From positions 1 through 56,003 of the IMG/VR virus record IMGVR_UViG_3300020179_000039: a DNA stretch of 56,003 nt; one strand, 5' to 3'. This DNA comes from a virus (Duplodnaviria; Caudoviricetes). Both the position numbers and the translations under genes were made by a program. The notes under the pieces are model-generated. The model saw only the letters and a list, made by a program, of their open reading frames with translations. It did not search any database and was not told the origin of the DNA. Positions 1-10,135 of the stretch are shown here, piece by piece. How positions within the stretch are numbered: the stretch's first letter is position 1; every line of letters begins with the position of its first letter.

Positions 1-169
1 AAAGAGGCATTTCTACCTTCTGTGTCATTGCCCACAAGTCTACAGGACCCAAATCCATGGGTTCTGCACTCTTGAGCATGTTCACCAGGTGGTAGCTGTC
101 CACGTGAGAGCTAACTTTATAGCTAGTGTCTCTCAGGAATAGACCATTGTTAAGAACAGGTGTACTCAT
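1..169 (-). CDS. major capsid protein, N-terminal part (runs off window)
   Basis: Not in ORF track; manual translation MSTPVLNNGLFLRDTSYKVSSHVDSYHLVNMLKSAEPMDLGPVDLWAMTQKVEMPL; position follows crAss-like order terminase-portal-acidic gene-MCP. Confidence 0.75.
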   Translation of the reverse strand, partial: MSTPVLNNGLFLRDTSYKVSSHVDSYHLVNMLKSAEPMDLGPVDLWAMTQKVEMPL

Positions 170-212
170 TTTTGAAAGGGTTTTAGGATTAAATTGTTAT
201 TTTGTTAAAGGT

Positions 213-1457
213 TTAACTTCTTCTGAATATGTTTGACGGACGAGGAATTTTTCTTCCGGCTTTTTCTTCTTTTTCGTCAGCTACTGTTCCTGCAATTTTT
301 CTTGCCTCTTCAGATTTCAGCTTTCGAACTGTATCTTGTGTTGCTTGATTCTTTGCTTGTTGACGAATCTGATCTTTATAAGCATCAGGATCTGCTAACA
401 ACCAAAGCGCTTCAGCAACTAAATCATATCTAGGTTCTTGGAATTGGTATTTCTCAAGGAGGTGTCCTAGTAGATTTGTTTGCTTACCCGACATAGATTG
501 ATATTTGGCATCAGTCAATTCTGAGAACAAGAATGTTTGTGTACGCTTATCGATTTTTACACCATTTAAGTCACCAACTTTCAGCGTTTCGTATACATTA
601 TTCATGTAATCACGAGCAGCTTTTTCTTGTTGCTTTTTGTATTGCTCTTGACGCTGAATCTGCTCTTCAAGAATTTCTTCTTGCATTTTTTCAAGTTTGG
701 GTTTGAAACTTCCCGCTTTTTTCTCAAGCGTTCCAAAGTCTTCCCATTCTTTAATTTGCTCTTCAATATCTGTGTCACTTCCAAAATTGGTTGCTCTCAA
801 ATATTGACGTACCACATGATGAGCATCTGCTTCAGGATCAAAAGACTTAGTCTCTTCAACTTGAGCTAGTGCTCTGAACAAACCTTTAATGTCTGTTCCA
901 CCATTTGCTACGTAACGAGCTGCATATTGCAGTTCATCGGGTAGTGATTCAAAGAACTCTTTAGGAGTTTGATCTCTAATCGCTTTTTCGCGCTCTTGGA
1001 AATTTGCTTCAATAAGCTCTTTCCAGTCTTTCATAGAGTACTCCTCTAATTTTTTATCATCTTCAAAGGGGATGATAAGACCCTCTTCAATCAACTTAGC
1101 GAATGTTTCAACCATTCCGCTTTTGTTAACTTTTTTTCTTCCAGCTTTTGAATCAGCTTCGTCTGATTCATCCTCATCGGAAGGATTCAAATCATCCAAA
1201 ACATCATCTGTGTTAATTGGATCTTTTTTATCATCTGCTGAATCATTTTTCTTGTCATCAGCAGGTTCATTTTTTTCATCATCTTCAAGAAAACTCATAT
1301 CAACTGCTGCATTTCTTGAAAAGAGACTTGGTTTTTTTGCATCACTTCTACCATCTCCGGTTAATACATCCTCTGCACTTGGCATAGGAAGAAAATCATC
1401 GATGTCAGAGAGCGTTACAGATTCTACATTTGTAGATTGGTTTTTGTCTGTAGCCAT
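213..1457 (-). CDS. acidic/coiled-coil head assembly (scaffold-like) protein of crAss-like phages
   Basis: 414 aa, D/E-rich disordered N-terminus, helical C-terminus, located between portal and MCP. Confidence 0.6.
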   Translation of the reverse strand: MATDKNQSTNVESVTLSDIDDFLPMPSAEDVLTGDGRSDAKKPSLFSRNAAVDMSFLEDDEKNEPADDKKNDSADDKKDPINTDDVLDDLNPSDEDESDEADSKAGRKKVNKSGMVETFAKLIEEGLIIPFEDDKKLEEYSMKDWKELIEANFQEREKAIRDQTPKEFFESLPDELQYAARYVANGGTDIKGLFRALAQVEETKSFDPEADAHHVVRQYLRATNFGSDTDIEEQIKEWEDFGTLEKKAGSFKPKLEKMQEEILEEQIQRQEQYKKQQEKAARDYMNNVYETLKVGDLNGVKIDKRTQTFLFSELTDAKYQSMSGKQTNLLGHLLEKYQFQEPRYDLVAEALWLLADPDAYKDQIRQQAKNQATQDTVRKLKSEEARKIAGTVADEKEEKAGRKIPRPSNIFRRS

Positions 1458-1597
1458 AATTTAAAGTGTTGGTTTCTTTGTTGTTCTACATTAATAATCT
1501 ACACATTATAATTTATTTCTAAACTTTTGAAAGTTAGTTTTAGAAAAGAATGTGTGACATTTTTGGGATTATATCGCTAACGTATTTTTAGCTTTTA

Positions 1598-4315
1598 TCA
1601 ATCTTTCTTATCAAAGCGGTTTTTATTAGTCTTTGCGACCTCTACTTGCTTCTGAGCGATCTCTTTTCTTGCTTGTAACTCTTGTCTTTGCAAATCAAGT
1701 TTTTGCTGATCAATTGCGTTCTTTGCAACAGATGCTTCACGACGCATATTTAATTCTTGATCCGCACGATCTTTTTTATCTAAATAATCAAGAGTATCTC
1801 TAAAGTCAGATTGACTATTCTTATCAAGATCAACCATAGCACCATACCCAGCAGATCTAATCTCAGCAACTCGTACATCATTGTCACGCTCAAGCTGCGC
1901 TTGTTCTGCTTTGTATTGTTGCTCTGCCATTAAACGCTTATCAAGACCTTCTTGCTTCATACGCTCAATTTCTTGCATTTGCTGCATTTCTTGTTGCTTA
2001 GCTTTAGTAGTCTTCTCTTCAATACCTTTAAGGGTATGGCTAATTTCAGCAAGAGAATCGGCTTGAACAAGCTTACCAAGATCATAAATAGAAGCGCCTG
2101 AAGTATTGTTACTTAAAGCAAGCTGACGTATTTGCTCCATTATCTGTTTTTGATTCACCTTTGTTGTAACAAAGATGTTAAGATCTCTAGCAAGCATTTC
2201 AGTACCGCTCATTTCAAAATTCACCTTTTCATCCATTCCTGTCATATACTGAAGACGAACAGAAGGTTTATGTGAATGATAGTATTGCGCAAGATCTGTA
2301 CGCATCTGATGAACTCTGGGCATCAAATACTCAGAATGCTGAATAAAATAAGTTTCAGTTTGTGAATAAGAATTATTTACAGCTTGCTGAATTCCTTGAG
2401 CAGTTTCCTGAGCATTAACAGCACCAAGACGTTGAGGTGAAATACCAATAGTTTCAAATGCTTGTGATTTAAAATAATTTGCTAGTTGAATTCTAGACAT
2501 CAAACGTTGTGTTTGTTCTAAATTCAACACTTGATAATGCTGAAAATTAAGTGCATTTTCAGTATTTGTAATAGAAGTATCCAGAGGCAACATCTGGAAA
2601 GACTTCATTGCTACATAAGCTTTTGCAAAATTGTTCTGTCCCCAGTCTTCACCCATTGATTGACGAGGTAAAGCATTTTGATCAAGCATAATAACAGTAC
2701 CCAGCTCGTCAATAAGAATATCTGCAATCTGATTATTTACAAGATTATAACCAATCTGAAAAGGTTTCATCTTATCCACAAGAGCTACTGAACGACTGTT
2801 TCTATCTGAGAAAACAGAACCTTCTACGGGTAGCTTACATCCGTATGGTGTAAAGTCACCTTTAAATTGGAATTTTACAGGTTTTACGTTAAGATAAATA
2901 GGTGCAAGTCCCGTTGCATCTGCATTACCATAAAAAGTAGGTCTATTAGGTCCAATTTTAAGTCCTCCCCAAACCTCATTAATCCAGATCCACTCAACGT
3001 GTTCACCATAGACTAAGTTATCTGCTGTCTTTCTTTTAACAACAGATGTGTCATACATGGGTTTAGTTGTTACTTTGAAGTTCTCATCCACAATCATTTT
3101 AATTTCGCTACCGTCATCTTCAATACGTGTCAAATAACCAAGCATACGCTGAGATTTCCAATAAACAGTAGTAACTCTTAAAAGATTTGTAGTACCATAA
3201 TCATAAAGGTCCTCGGATTCTTCCAAGATTTGTGTGATCACATCGTCACCTTGTCCAAGGAAGCGGTCGTTAACACTGACGAACTGACGGTAACCCAATG
3301 ACGGACCTTCTGTATTCCATTTGTGAGAACGTGTAGCATCGTAAAAAGTACCATCGTTTTGATATCCTGAAATTGCATAACCGGCTGCTTTAACGGGATA
3401 GATTGCTTCTAACGATCTCAGTTGCTCTTCAGTCATCATATAACCATATTTGTCAATGATATCTGAAGGACTCATAAGATCTACTTTACCAGCCCAGTTA
3501 CCCTGTGAAATGTATCTTACTTCAGGTGATTTATGATAAAAAGTCAATACAGGATTCCACAATTCAATTTCGTAGTCATCCTCATTCATTTTAAAATGCC
3601 AGAACTCTCTATCGGTAATAAGCATATCCTTGAAAGCCATGTTCTCAAGTTCTTTCAATTTAAAACGCTCTTCATCAACAAGATGCTGATGCATAGCCCA
3701 TTGCTCAATCATTGAGCGATAGTCTTTTTTAAAGTATGCTTCAATTTCGGGTAAAGACTTAAGATTTTCAGGATTTAAAGCTTGTTGAGCTTCTTCAGAA
3801 TCCATTTGCATTCCTTGTGCCATCAGCATTTCCATCATCTTTGCTTCAGCATGAGATAATAGATATTGCTCTACCATAAGACGCTTCTCTTCAAGCATTT
3901 CATTATAAGAGATCTCATCAACAGCACGATACATTATCCGGTCATTACGTTTAGCAAATTCACCGGACAGGACATTAATCACATTAGGAATGATTGGGAA
4001 AAACTTAAGCTCTAAAGCCGACTCATCAGTCTTTGTGAGAATATTGATAAGATCCGCCTGTTCATTATCTTCTTCAATAATGTAGTCAGTCTTATCAATT
4101 ACACCATTCGCAAGCTTATAGTTTTTGAGAAGTTTACGGGCGTTTCTTCGAATCTGCTTAAGTCCTTGCATTTCATACCAGTCCATATTCCAAGCACCCC
4201 ATTCTTCTGTTTTGTCTTTTGTAGACAAAAACTGTATGGGTTGAGTAATTGTACCCAACCGATTATATTCAGCTTTAGCGCCGTTTTTTATCTGTAATGC
4301 ATTAAATATTTGCAT
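1598..4315 (-). CDS. portal protein (crAss-like)
   Basis: 905 aa next to terminase; FFPIIPNVINVLSGE near N-terminus, GISPQRLG motif, Q/E/K coiled-coil C-terminus. Confidence 0.85.
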   Translation of the reverse strand: MQIFNALQIKNGAKAEYNRLGTITQPIQFLSTKDKTEEWGAWNMDWYEMQGLKQIRRNARKLLKNYKLANGVIDKTDYIIEEDNEQADLINILTKTDESALELKFFPIIPNVINVLSGEFAKRNDRIMYRAVDEISYNEMLEEKRLMVEQYLLSHAEAKMMEMLMAQGMQMDSEEAQQALNPENLKSLPEIEAYFKKDYRSMIEQWAMHQHLVDEERFKLKELENMAFKDMLITDREFWHFKMNEDDYEIELWNPVLTFYHKSPEVRYISQGNWAGKVDLMSPSDIIDKYGYMMTEEQLRSLEAIYPVKAAGYAISGYQNDGTFYDATRSHKWNTEGPSLGYRQFVSVNDRFLGQGDDVITQILEESEDLYDYGTTNLLRVTTVYWKSQRMLGYLTRIEDDGSEIKMIVDENFKVTTKPMYDTSVVKRKTADNLVYGEHVEWIWINEVWGGLKIGPNRPTFYGNADATGLAPIYLNVKPVKFQFKGDFTPYGCKLPVEGSVFSDRNSRSVALVDKMKPFQIGYNLVNNQIADILIDELGTVIMLDQNALPRQSMGEDWGQNNFAKAYVAMKSFQMLPLDTSITNTENALNFQHYQVLNLEQTQRLMSRIQLANYFKSQAFETIGISPQRLGAVNAQETAQGIQQAVNNSYSQTETYFIQHSEYLMPRVHQMRTDLAQYYHSHKPSVRLQYMTGMDEKVNFEMSGTEMLARDLNIFVTTKVNQKQIMEQIRQLALSNNTSGASIYDLGKLVQADSLAEISHTLKGIEEKTTKAKQQEMQQMQEIERMKQEGLDKRLMAEQQYKAEQAQLERDNDVRVAEIRSAGYGAMVDLDKNSQSDFRDTLDYLDKKDRADQELNMRREASVAKNAIDQQKLDLQRQELQARKEIAQKQVEVAKTNKNRFDKKD

Positions 4316-4336
4316 CTTTCATAGGATTAATGTCTA

Positions 4337-6544
4337 TTATCGAAAGTTCTTAAACGGGTTCCTAGGCTTTCCTGAGCTTAAAGTAGTGTTTCTGGAACCT
4401 CCAATATGCCTAAAGGGACTCATGTTTAAGTTACTATTTTTTGGTGATTTCTCCAAATTGGTGTTCTCATACTCAGTTTTTCTAGCGTAACCTCGGTTAG
4501 AGTGTTGTATTTTAGAAAAAGCAACAAGTGCTGCAAAGCTAACCAAGCGGTCAACGTTCAAACCTTCCCTATATGCTTGCATCTCTTTAAGCAGCATTGG
4601 GTCCGGAATTCTCTCTATACCATATGTTGTCTTTACAATTTCCCCGTCACTTTTTGTGACGTGATCCAGTTCTTCCGTCAAAAAAGAAACTGCATAACTC
4701 AAAAGGTGCGTTTTAAATATACTACCAACATTACGCCATCCATATTCCTGGAAGACGTTTGTATTTGCACCTAAGTCCTTAAGAAAAAGAATTTGATTTT
4801 TGGGTACAAGATATCGCTGTTTTCTTCGAGCTATCATATGCTGAATAAACAACGAAATGTTATTTTCGACAATAGTCCAAGCATTGTACCACTCAATTAT
4901 ATTTTCTAATCTCTCATGGGTTTTGTTTAAGTCATCAAATCTCCCACACCATACAGCAACTACCTTATCACGTTCAACATGACTTTCAACAGAACCATCA
5001 CTTTTCTTCTTGGTAATTTCTACAGGGGTTTTGTAGACAATTATCGAGCACAGTGAATCTGATGTAGTTGTTTTACCTTCAGATACAGGGTCAACGGAAG
5101 CATAATACATTCCAAAAGTAGGATCTTCAACAGGTCGCTCATATACTACAATTGTACCTTCCTTGTCAGTAGTCTTTGGAGAAAGCGGAAATTCACTAAT
5201 CGGCAGTTTTCGCGATTCGCGAACAGTGATCTTGCCATTTTCGTCTTTGTATAAATCTACATGTTCAGTATAATATTCTCTTTCTTCAATTCTTCTTAAC
5301 TGTGCATTTACCAAATGTAATGGAAATATTGAAACCTTTCTGTTTGCAAAAGCCTCTTCAATGTTAATAGGTTTCTGCGAAATACGGAGTTGATAATCTT
5401 GAGCTTTAAGTTTTTTCTTCCAATCTTTACGCTCTTTAATAATCATTTCTAAGGCTTGCTCAATAAGAGAGTTACCGAATTCGTCAATACATGGTAACAT
5501 TGACCATTGTTCAGGAATAAACAAACCACATTCAGCGTATTCCCAGTTTTCATTAAGCAGATTAGTACCGACTGCAAGAATATCTTTTGAGTCAGGTTGC
5601 AGAATCATTTCTTTTAACGGTTCGCACTGATCCAAATCACCGACAGAACCTGCAGCTACAAACATCCCTGTATAAATCATACCAGACTTTAATGCTGGTA
5701 AAAGATACTCCATAGTTTTATCCATGTTTGGAGCAATACCAGCCTCCTCATGAAAGAACAGATTACAAGGACCACCGACACCGTTTGTAGGATCTTTGTC
5801 AAGTGATAAACCAATAATCACAGAGTTAAGACCTACGTCTTTCTTTCTTCCACCAGCATTCACTTCAATCTTCTGTTGCCAGTTAAGAATTTTATCAGGA
5901 TTACAAGGTCTGTACCAAGCGGTATGTTGATTCAAGAAGTTTCTGTATTCCTCCATAAATCTCCATGTCCCCTTTTCATTAATGTAATCTTTTAATGACC
6001 CTGCCATTTTATTGATAGACCCTTCTTCAAACCAGAAGTTATTAATCATCTTAGCGGCATGAAAATAAGAAGATGCAATCTGACGTTTTTTAAGAATTGC
6101 GACATGCTTGTAACTATATTTTGCAATGTCTTCATAAAGAGCCATATGATATTGTGCATCTCGAATATCAGGAAATGTAAATTTTCCCTGCTCTTTGTTG
6201 TAAATAGGTAAAAAGTTTAACCACATATAGTAGTCTCTTGTAAGATACCATACCTTACCAAGAGGACTTTTATATATTACACCCTTTCTACATTTTTCTT
6301 TTTCACAATTCCAATAGTCAATAAAATCTTTACTACGAAATGGTGCAGCACAATACACCTTCTGATGATTAAACTTTTTAGCTTGATCATTAAAAAGTCG
6401 TGTAGTTTCATCAAACGCATACTGTCCGGGTTCCTTAAAAATTGATTTAAGGAAATTTACAAAGTGTTCGCGAGTAGAATAACTAGTAGTACTCCATTCA
6501 CCAACAGATGCATCATAGGTTGGTATGTCAATAAATGCTTCCAA
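4337..6544 (-). CDS. terL: terminase large subunit
   Basis: LKKRQIASSY Walker A variant, FFHEEAG Walker B, YYASVDPV RNase H-like nuclease start, IVENN, NVDRLVS. Confidence 0.92.
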   Translation of the reverse strand: MEAFIDIPTYDASVGEWSTTSYSTREHFVNFLKSIFKEPGQYAFDETTRLFNDQAKKFNHQKVYCAAPFRSKDFIDYWNCEKEKCRKGVIYKSPLGKVWYLTRDYYMWLNFLPIYNKEQGKFTFPDIRDAQYHMALYEDIAKYSYKHVAILKKRQIASSYFHAAKMINNFWFEEGSINKMAGSLKDYINEKGTWRFMEEYRNFLNQHTAWYRPCNPDKILNWQQKIEVNAGGRKKDVGLNSVIIGLSLDKDPTNGVGGPCNLFFHEEAGIAPNMDKTMEYLLPALKSGMIYTGMFVAAGSVGDLDQCEPLKEMILQPDSKDILAVGTNLLNENWEYAECGLFIPEQWSMLPCIDEFGNSLIEQALEMIIKERKDWKKKLKAQDYQLRISQKPINIEEAFANRKVSIFPLHLVNAQLRRIEEREYYTEHVDLYKDENGKITVRESRKLPISEFPLSPKTTDKEGTIVVYERPVEDPTFGMYYASVDPVSEGKTTTSDSLCSIIVYKTPVEITKKKSDGSVESHVERDKVVAVWCGRFDDLNKTHERLENIIEWYNAWTIVENNISLFIQHMIARRKQRYLVPKNQILFLKDLGANTNVFQEYGWRNVGSIFKTHLLSYAVSFLTEELDHVTKSDGEIVKTTYGIERIPDPMLLKEMQAYREGLNVDRLVSFAALVAFSKIQHSNRGYARKTEYENTNLEKSPKNSNLNMSPFRHIGGSRNTTLSSGKPRNPFKNFR

Positions 6545-6547
6545 TTA

Positions 6548-7003
6548 TTATTCTTTAACAGCTAAATCAATAATTTCTTCAATAAATGAAGGATCACCTT
6601 CTGAAGTATTCACTACGTAAATCAAAGTTTTTATATCCTTTGATTTAACTACTGGATATTTAGTTTCACTACCATTCCAGTAAGCAGTATAATCTTCACG
6701 ATGAATTATTGACCAAAGTTGTGTATAAGGATTAAAATGGAATATCCAATTGTAAAACCCGTCGTTTAACATAAATTCTTCATTATTAATATTTTTATAC
6801 AAACTATAAAACCAAACACCAATGCTGTAAAAGAATGATGAAAATGACTCATTTTTCCATTTCAACATTGATATAAAAGATATCTGACAAAATATCCATC
6901 CTAGCTTTTCAGTAATAATATTTCTTATCCTATATAAATAGGTCATCATGGGGATGTCTTTTATTTTTTTTAACCGACTTGCGCAATAAGATATATAGTC
7001 CAA
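6548..7003 (-). CDS. hypothetical protein (start probably 6949 or 6772)
   Basis: ORF in operon; C-terminal 74 aa look globular (YNWIFHFNPYTQLW). Confidence 0.55.
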   Translation of the reverse strand: MDYISYCASRLKKIKDIPMMTYLYRIRNIITEKLGWIFCQISFISMLKWKNESFSSFFYSIGVWFYSLYKNINNEEFMLNDGFYNWIFHFNPYTQLWSIIHREDYTAYWNGSETKYPVVKSKDIKTLIYVVNTSEGDPSFIEEIIDLAVKE

Positions 7004-7166
7004 AGAACAATCCCGAAACGCAATAGAAAATTATATCCGTAATCCAATAAGAACCTGTCAAGTCCATTACTAGTTTGAATAAAGCATCGAATCCAAAGGG
7101 GTTGAAAAACATTGCAATCATAAGTACTACTGTCGCCAACTTCTGTTTGTCTACTGTCACCTTCAT
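6930..7166 (-). CDS. small membrane protein, two hydrophobic segments
   Basis: LATVVLMIAMFF and IIFYCVSGLFFGLYILL. Confidence 0.6.
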   Translation of the reverse strand: MKVTVDKQKLATVVLMIAMFFNPFGFDALFKLVMDLTGSYWITDIIFYCVSGLFFGLYILLRKSVKKNKRHPHDDLFI

Positions 7167-7193
7167 TACTCATATTTATTTCTTTTCGTTAAA

Positions 7194-7706
7194 CTATTGG
7201 TCATATGCAAGTTGCTGACCACCTCTTGCTGTACCTTTTTGCTCTTCCATGAGATCTTTATATGCACCTTTAAACGACATTCTTATTTGTTCAAATTTAG
7301 CTGCTGCATTTACTAGTGAGTTAATATTACCATCTCTACCGTGCTCAATAGGTGTATTTTCCATATATCTTGCCAATCTATCAAGCATTTGCTTTATACC
7401 CATGTATGCTCTATATGTAGGTGTCTCATATAATTTTTCACAAAACTTAATCGCGTCTCTTATAGCAATGTCTTCAGTTGAAAACTCTGCATTAACCTCT
7501 CTAAGTATAAGCTCTTCCTTATCATTCTCAATAATATCAAAGAAAGGATTCAACTCTGGATTAGGGCACGTCATATAAAAAACATATGCATAAATTGACA
7601 AATAATCTTCAGGATACTCGTCATATATTTTTTTAAGTGTTTCCAAAACAAAGCAATGCTCTGTGGGAACTACTGTACCATTTTGGATATCAAACAGCTT
7701 GACCAT
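7194..7706 (-). CDS. hypothetical helical protein upstream of terL (small terminase candidate)
   Basis: 170 aa, helical, ends RGGQQLAYDQ; function inferred from position only. Confidence 0.5.
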   Translation of the reverse strand: MVKLFDIQNGTVVPTEHCFVLETLKKIYDEYPEDYLSIYAYVFYMTCPNPELNPFFDIIENDKEELILREVNAEFSTEDIAIRDAIKFCEKLYETPTYRAYMGIKQMLDRLARYMENTPIEHGRDGNINSLVNAAAKFEQIRMSFKGAYKDLMEEQKGTARGGQQLAYDQ

Positions 7707-8547
7707 ACTTTTTTACTAATAGTTTTTCTTTGTTGTCCTGATAGTGTTTTAAAAGACTTACAACTTCATCTTTTAAATATGGTAATCTATATATCACCAC
7801 TTCTTTTACTTTTGGAAAACCTCTTTCATCATAGATAACAAGAGGAAAACCATTCTCATCTTTTTCATCCCTTTCTTCAAACATTATATGATGAATTGTA
7901 AGTTCACCGGGTTGAAGCTTTGGATTATGCTTTAGCACTATATACATGTATAAAGAAAGCTGAAGATTGTAATGATTTAAATTACAATCATCTAAATGTG
8001 AAACAGGATATTCCATTTTTTGTGAAATACCTTCCCAGTTACGATAACTTTCTTTTTTAATCTCTTTATTTGTCTTGTAGTCAGTAATATACACTTTACC
8101 GTTTGCTACTTCAACTAAATCACTTTGTCCACAAATACCAGCAGACTTTAAGTACACCATGTGTTCTGGATATATACCTTCTGTGAGTTTTTGATTAGGA
8201 GCTACTTTATATCCCTCAGCATCCACAATAGGTGCAACTATTGCTAATTCCGTATTGTATCGTACAATTGTATTACATCCAAGCAAATCATCTTCTCTTT
8301 GTTTATGATACCAGTTACCTAAAGATGTTGCACGGTCAGCTTCTTTTTTCCAAATAGCACGTATTTCTTCAGGTTTCATTCCGTACCATTTACTTTTAGC
8401 ATTGCGAGAAGACTTTTCAGAAATTGACTTTGGATCAAAAGGTTGCTTATAAAAACTTAAAAGTGATGTAGCACTTACCCACTTAATAGGATCTGACTTA
8501 TCAATTGAGTGATAAGAATGATCTGACTCGTTAAAAAATATTTCCAT
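7690..8547 (-). CDS. PD-(D/E)XK nuclease
   Basis: GICGQSDLV...ITDYKT and HYNLQLSLY motifs. Confidence 0.8.
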   Translation of the reverse strand: MEIFFNESDHSYHSIDKSDPIKWVSATSLLSFYKQPFDPKSISEKSSRNAKSKWYGMKPEEIRAIWKKEADRATSLGNWYHKQREDDLLGCNTIVRYNTELAIVAPIVDAEGYKVAPNQKLTEGIYPEHMVYLKSAGICGQSDLVEVANGKVYITDYKTNKEIKKESYRNWEGISQKMEYPVSHLDDCNLNHYNLQLSLYMYIVLKHNPKLQPGELTIHHIMFEERDEKDENGFPLVIYDERGFPKVKEVVIYRLPYLKDEVVSLLKHYQDNKEKLLVKKYGQAV

Positions 8548-8558
8548 AGGGTTTGGTT

Positions 8559-8867
8559 TTAAAGTCCTAATTTTTGTTCAAGCTTTTGAGCTTCTTCATC
8601 TGAAAGCTCTTCTCTCCATTTACCTATAGGACAACTGCTTGATAAGCTTCTAGTTTTCCAAAGAAGTTTGCAACCGCATTCACCACAACATGGCTGTGTA
8701 CCTGGTACAAAACACTTGTCACCTTTTCTATCAATATGCTCGCAACTGTCGCATATATACATTCTTTCACTAGCAATGGATTCAACATCTTCTGTAGTAA
8801 ATATTGAGTTCTTAATACCCTCAAATATTTGTCCTTTGTTCTTCCAAATTCGTATTACGCTGTTCAT
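8559..8867 (-). CDS. Cys-rich Zn-binding protein
   Basis: CDSC..C..CCGECGC..CPIGKW. Confidence 0.7.
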   Translation of the reverse strand: MNSVIRIWKNKGQIFEGIKNSIFTTEDVESIASERMYICDSCEHIDRKGDKCFVPGTQPCCGECGCKLLWKTRSLSSSCPIGKWREELSDEEAQKLEQKLGL

Positions 8868-9232
8868 CTTTTTTTTCTTTGGTTTTTTATTTCAGCTTTT
8901 TCCTGATCAAGAATAGCAACTTTTTCTTTTAAGTCTAAAAGTTTATCAAGTTGATCATACTTCTCTTTCAGGATACTATATTGTTGTAATGTCTTTGGTG
9001 CACCTATAGCTTCAATCAGTCTCTGAAGTCGAGCTATTTTATTTTCAAGTGACCAGGGTTTAACTACAAATGTTCCTAAATTGGGAACTTGAATATGCGT
9101 ATGTTTTACCTGAGACATTTGATTATGCACATATTTCCAATACTGTACAATAACCGAATCAACTAACTCCTGATTTAGATTAAGCTTTTCCGCTGTCTTC
9201 TTTACTATTGGGTTTCTCTTGGTTGGTTTCAA
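8864..9232 (-). CDS. HU/IHF-like DNA-binding protein
   Basis: IVKKTAEKLNL...IQVPNLGTFVVK HU/IHF signature. Confidence 0.65.
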   Translation of the reverse strand: MKPTKRNPIVKKTAEKLNLNQELVDSVIVQYWKYVHNQMSQVKHTHIQVPNLGTFVVKPWSLENKIARLQRLIEAIGAPKTLQQYSILKEKYDQLDKLLDLKEKVAILDQEKAEIKNQRKKR

Positions 9233-9602
9233 CTGCTAGAAAATTATAGTTTAGTAAAATGTTTCCTTTCTTTGCAACACTCAATGCATCTACAAGTCGG
9301 ATGATTTTTTTACCCTTCCTAGACTTTATTACGTATCCTCTCTTTTCAAGACTTACCATACGATTTCGCACGTTCTGTGAACGCACCTCTGGTTTTTCAG
9401 TATGCTTATATACAATACCAGAAGCACGATCACAGAATAGTCGTAGTTCAATTGGTCCCCATAAGCCCAACAATGTCAGAAGCTCCAAATCACTAGGAAC
9501 AATGTTCTCCTTTTTGAAGAACATTACTTCTGTAATGATTTGGTACTTTACCAGATCGTAGTGATCCAGTCTTACCTTTTTTGTTATTTTGTTTACTTCC
9601 AT
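9180..9602 (-). CDS. putative winged-helix DNA-binding protein
   Basis: SQNVRNRMVSLEKRGYVIK wHTH-like pattern. Confidence 0.55.
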   Translation of the reverse strand: MEVNKITKKVRLDHYDLVKYQIITEVMFFKKENIVPSDLELLTLLGLWGPIELRLFCDRASGIVYKHTEKPEVRSQNVRNRMVSLEKRGYVIKSRKGKKIIRLVDALSVAKKGNILLNYNFLAVETNQEKPNSKEDSGKA

Positions 9603-9622
9603 TTTGGTTTTGTTTCTTAATG

Positions 9623-9748
9623 AATGTCAGTGAGCGAGTTTCACGCTCATTACCTAATATCCAGGATATACTTGCGAGTAAACCCTGTAACCCTTTCCAC
9701 CAAGTGGGGATAGGCGTGTTATTTTTACGCTTACACCAACACGACATT
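9623..9748 (-). ncRNA. tRNA-like RNA with branched insert replacing the anticodon loop
   Basis: Closing stem AATGTC-GT/AC-T-GACATT, D arm TGGTGTAA..ACAC, stem CCTA/TAGG enclosing two hairpins, T arm GAGCG-TGAAACT-CGCTC. Confidence 0.55.
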
Positions 9749-9754
9749 GACTTG

Positions 9755-10129
9755 TGGAGGTGGTGGGATTCGAACCCACGTCCAATAAAGAAGCAGTTCA
9801 ATGCAGCTTATCACATGCTTAGTACTGATCATTTTGTTGACGTCAACGAAATGGTCTGCACCGTAAAGGCACACCAAGTAGGTCGCACTCCACCACTTAG
9901 TTTTACGAACTAAGAAACGTGTTTGTGACTTTCTGTTCCAAGGTTGTCACCACCCGATGACTAGGCAGCAAGTTCTAACTCAGCACCCACGAAAGACATA
10001 GCGTCTTCCCAAGTCATAGACGAAAGTTCAGTTTCGCCGGTTATATTCTGGTACGTGATTATAGAGAGCAGGACCATCTCTCTGCATGTGCATTGACCCT
10101 CGCAGTACTGTCGAAAGCCTTTCACCCCC
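9755..10129 (-). ncRNA. ssrA: tmRNA
   Basis: 5' GGGGGTGAAAGGCTTTCGAC, 3' GGACGTGGGTTCGAATCCCACCACCTCCA; G3:U70 pair; 375 nt; tag ORF 10038-9961 GETELSSMTWEDAMSFVGAELELAA* preceded by ATAACC. Confidence 0.93.
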
Positions 10130-10135
10130 CATATT

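Noticed and set aside
233-3715. Antisense ORFs within head genes (233-433, 627-869, 1072-1464, 1881-2066, 3533-3715) and similar ones elsewhere
   Set aside because: Opposite-strand shadows of well-supported genes with biased S/F/L composition
4337-6544. Introns or inteins in terL (also checked polB, nrdA, dnaB)
   Set aside because: Continuous ORFs of ordinary length; no intein or LAGLIDADG motifs seen
9493-9913. ORFs 9493-9801 (-) and 9581-9913 (+)
   Set aside because: Shadow translations of the tmRNA 3' end and the tRNA-like RNA
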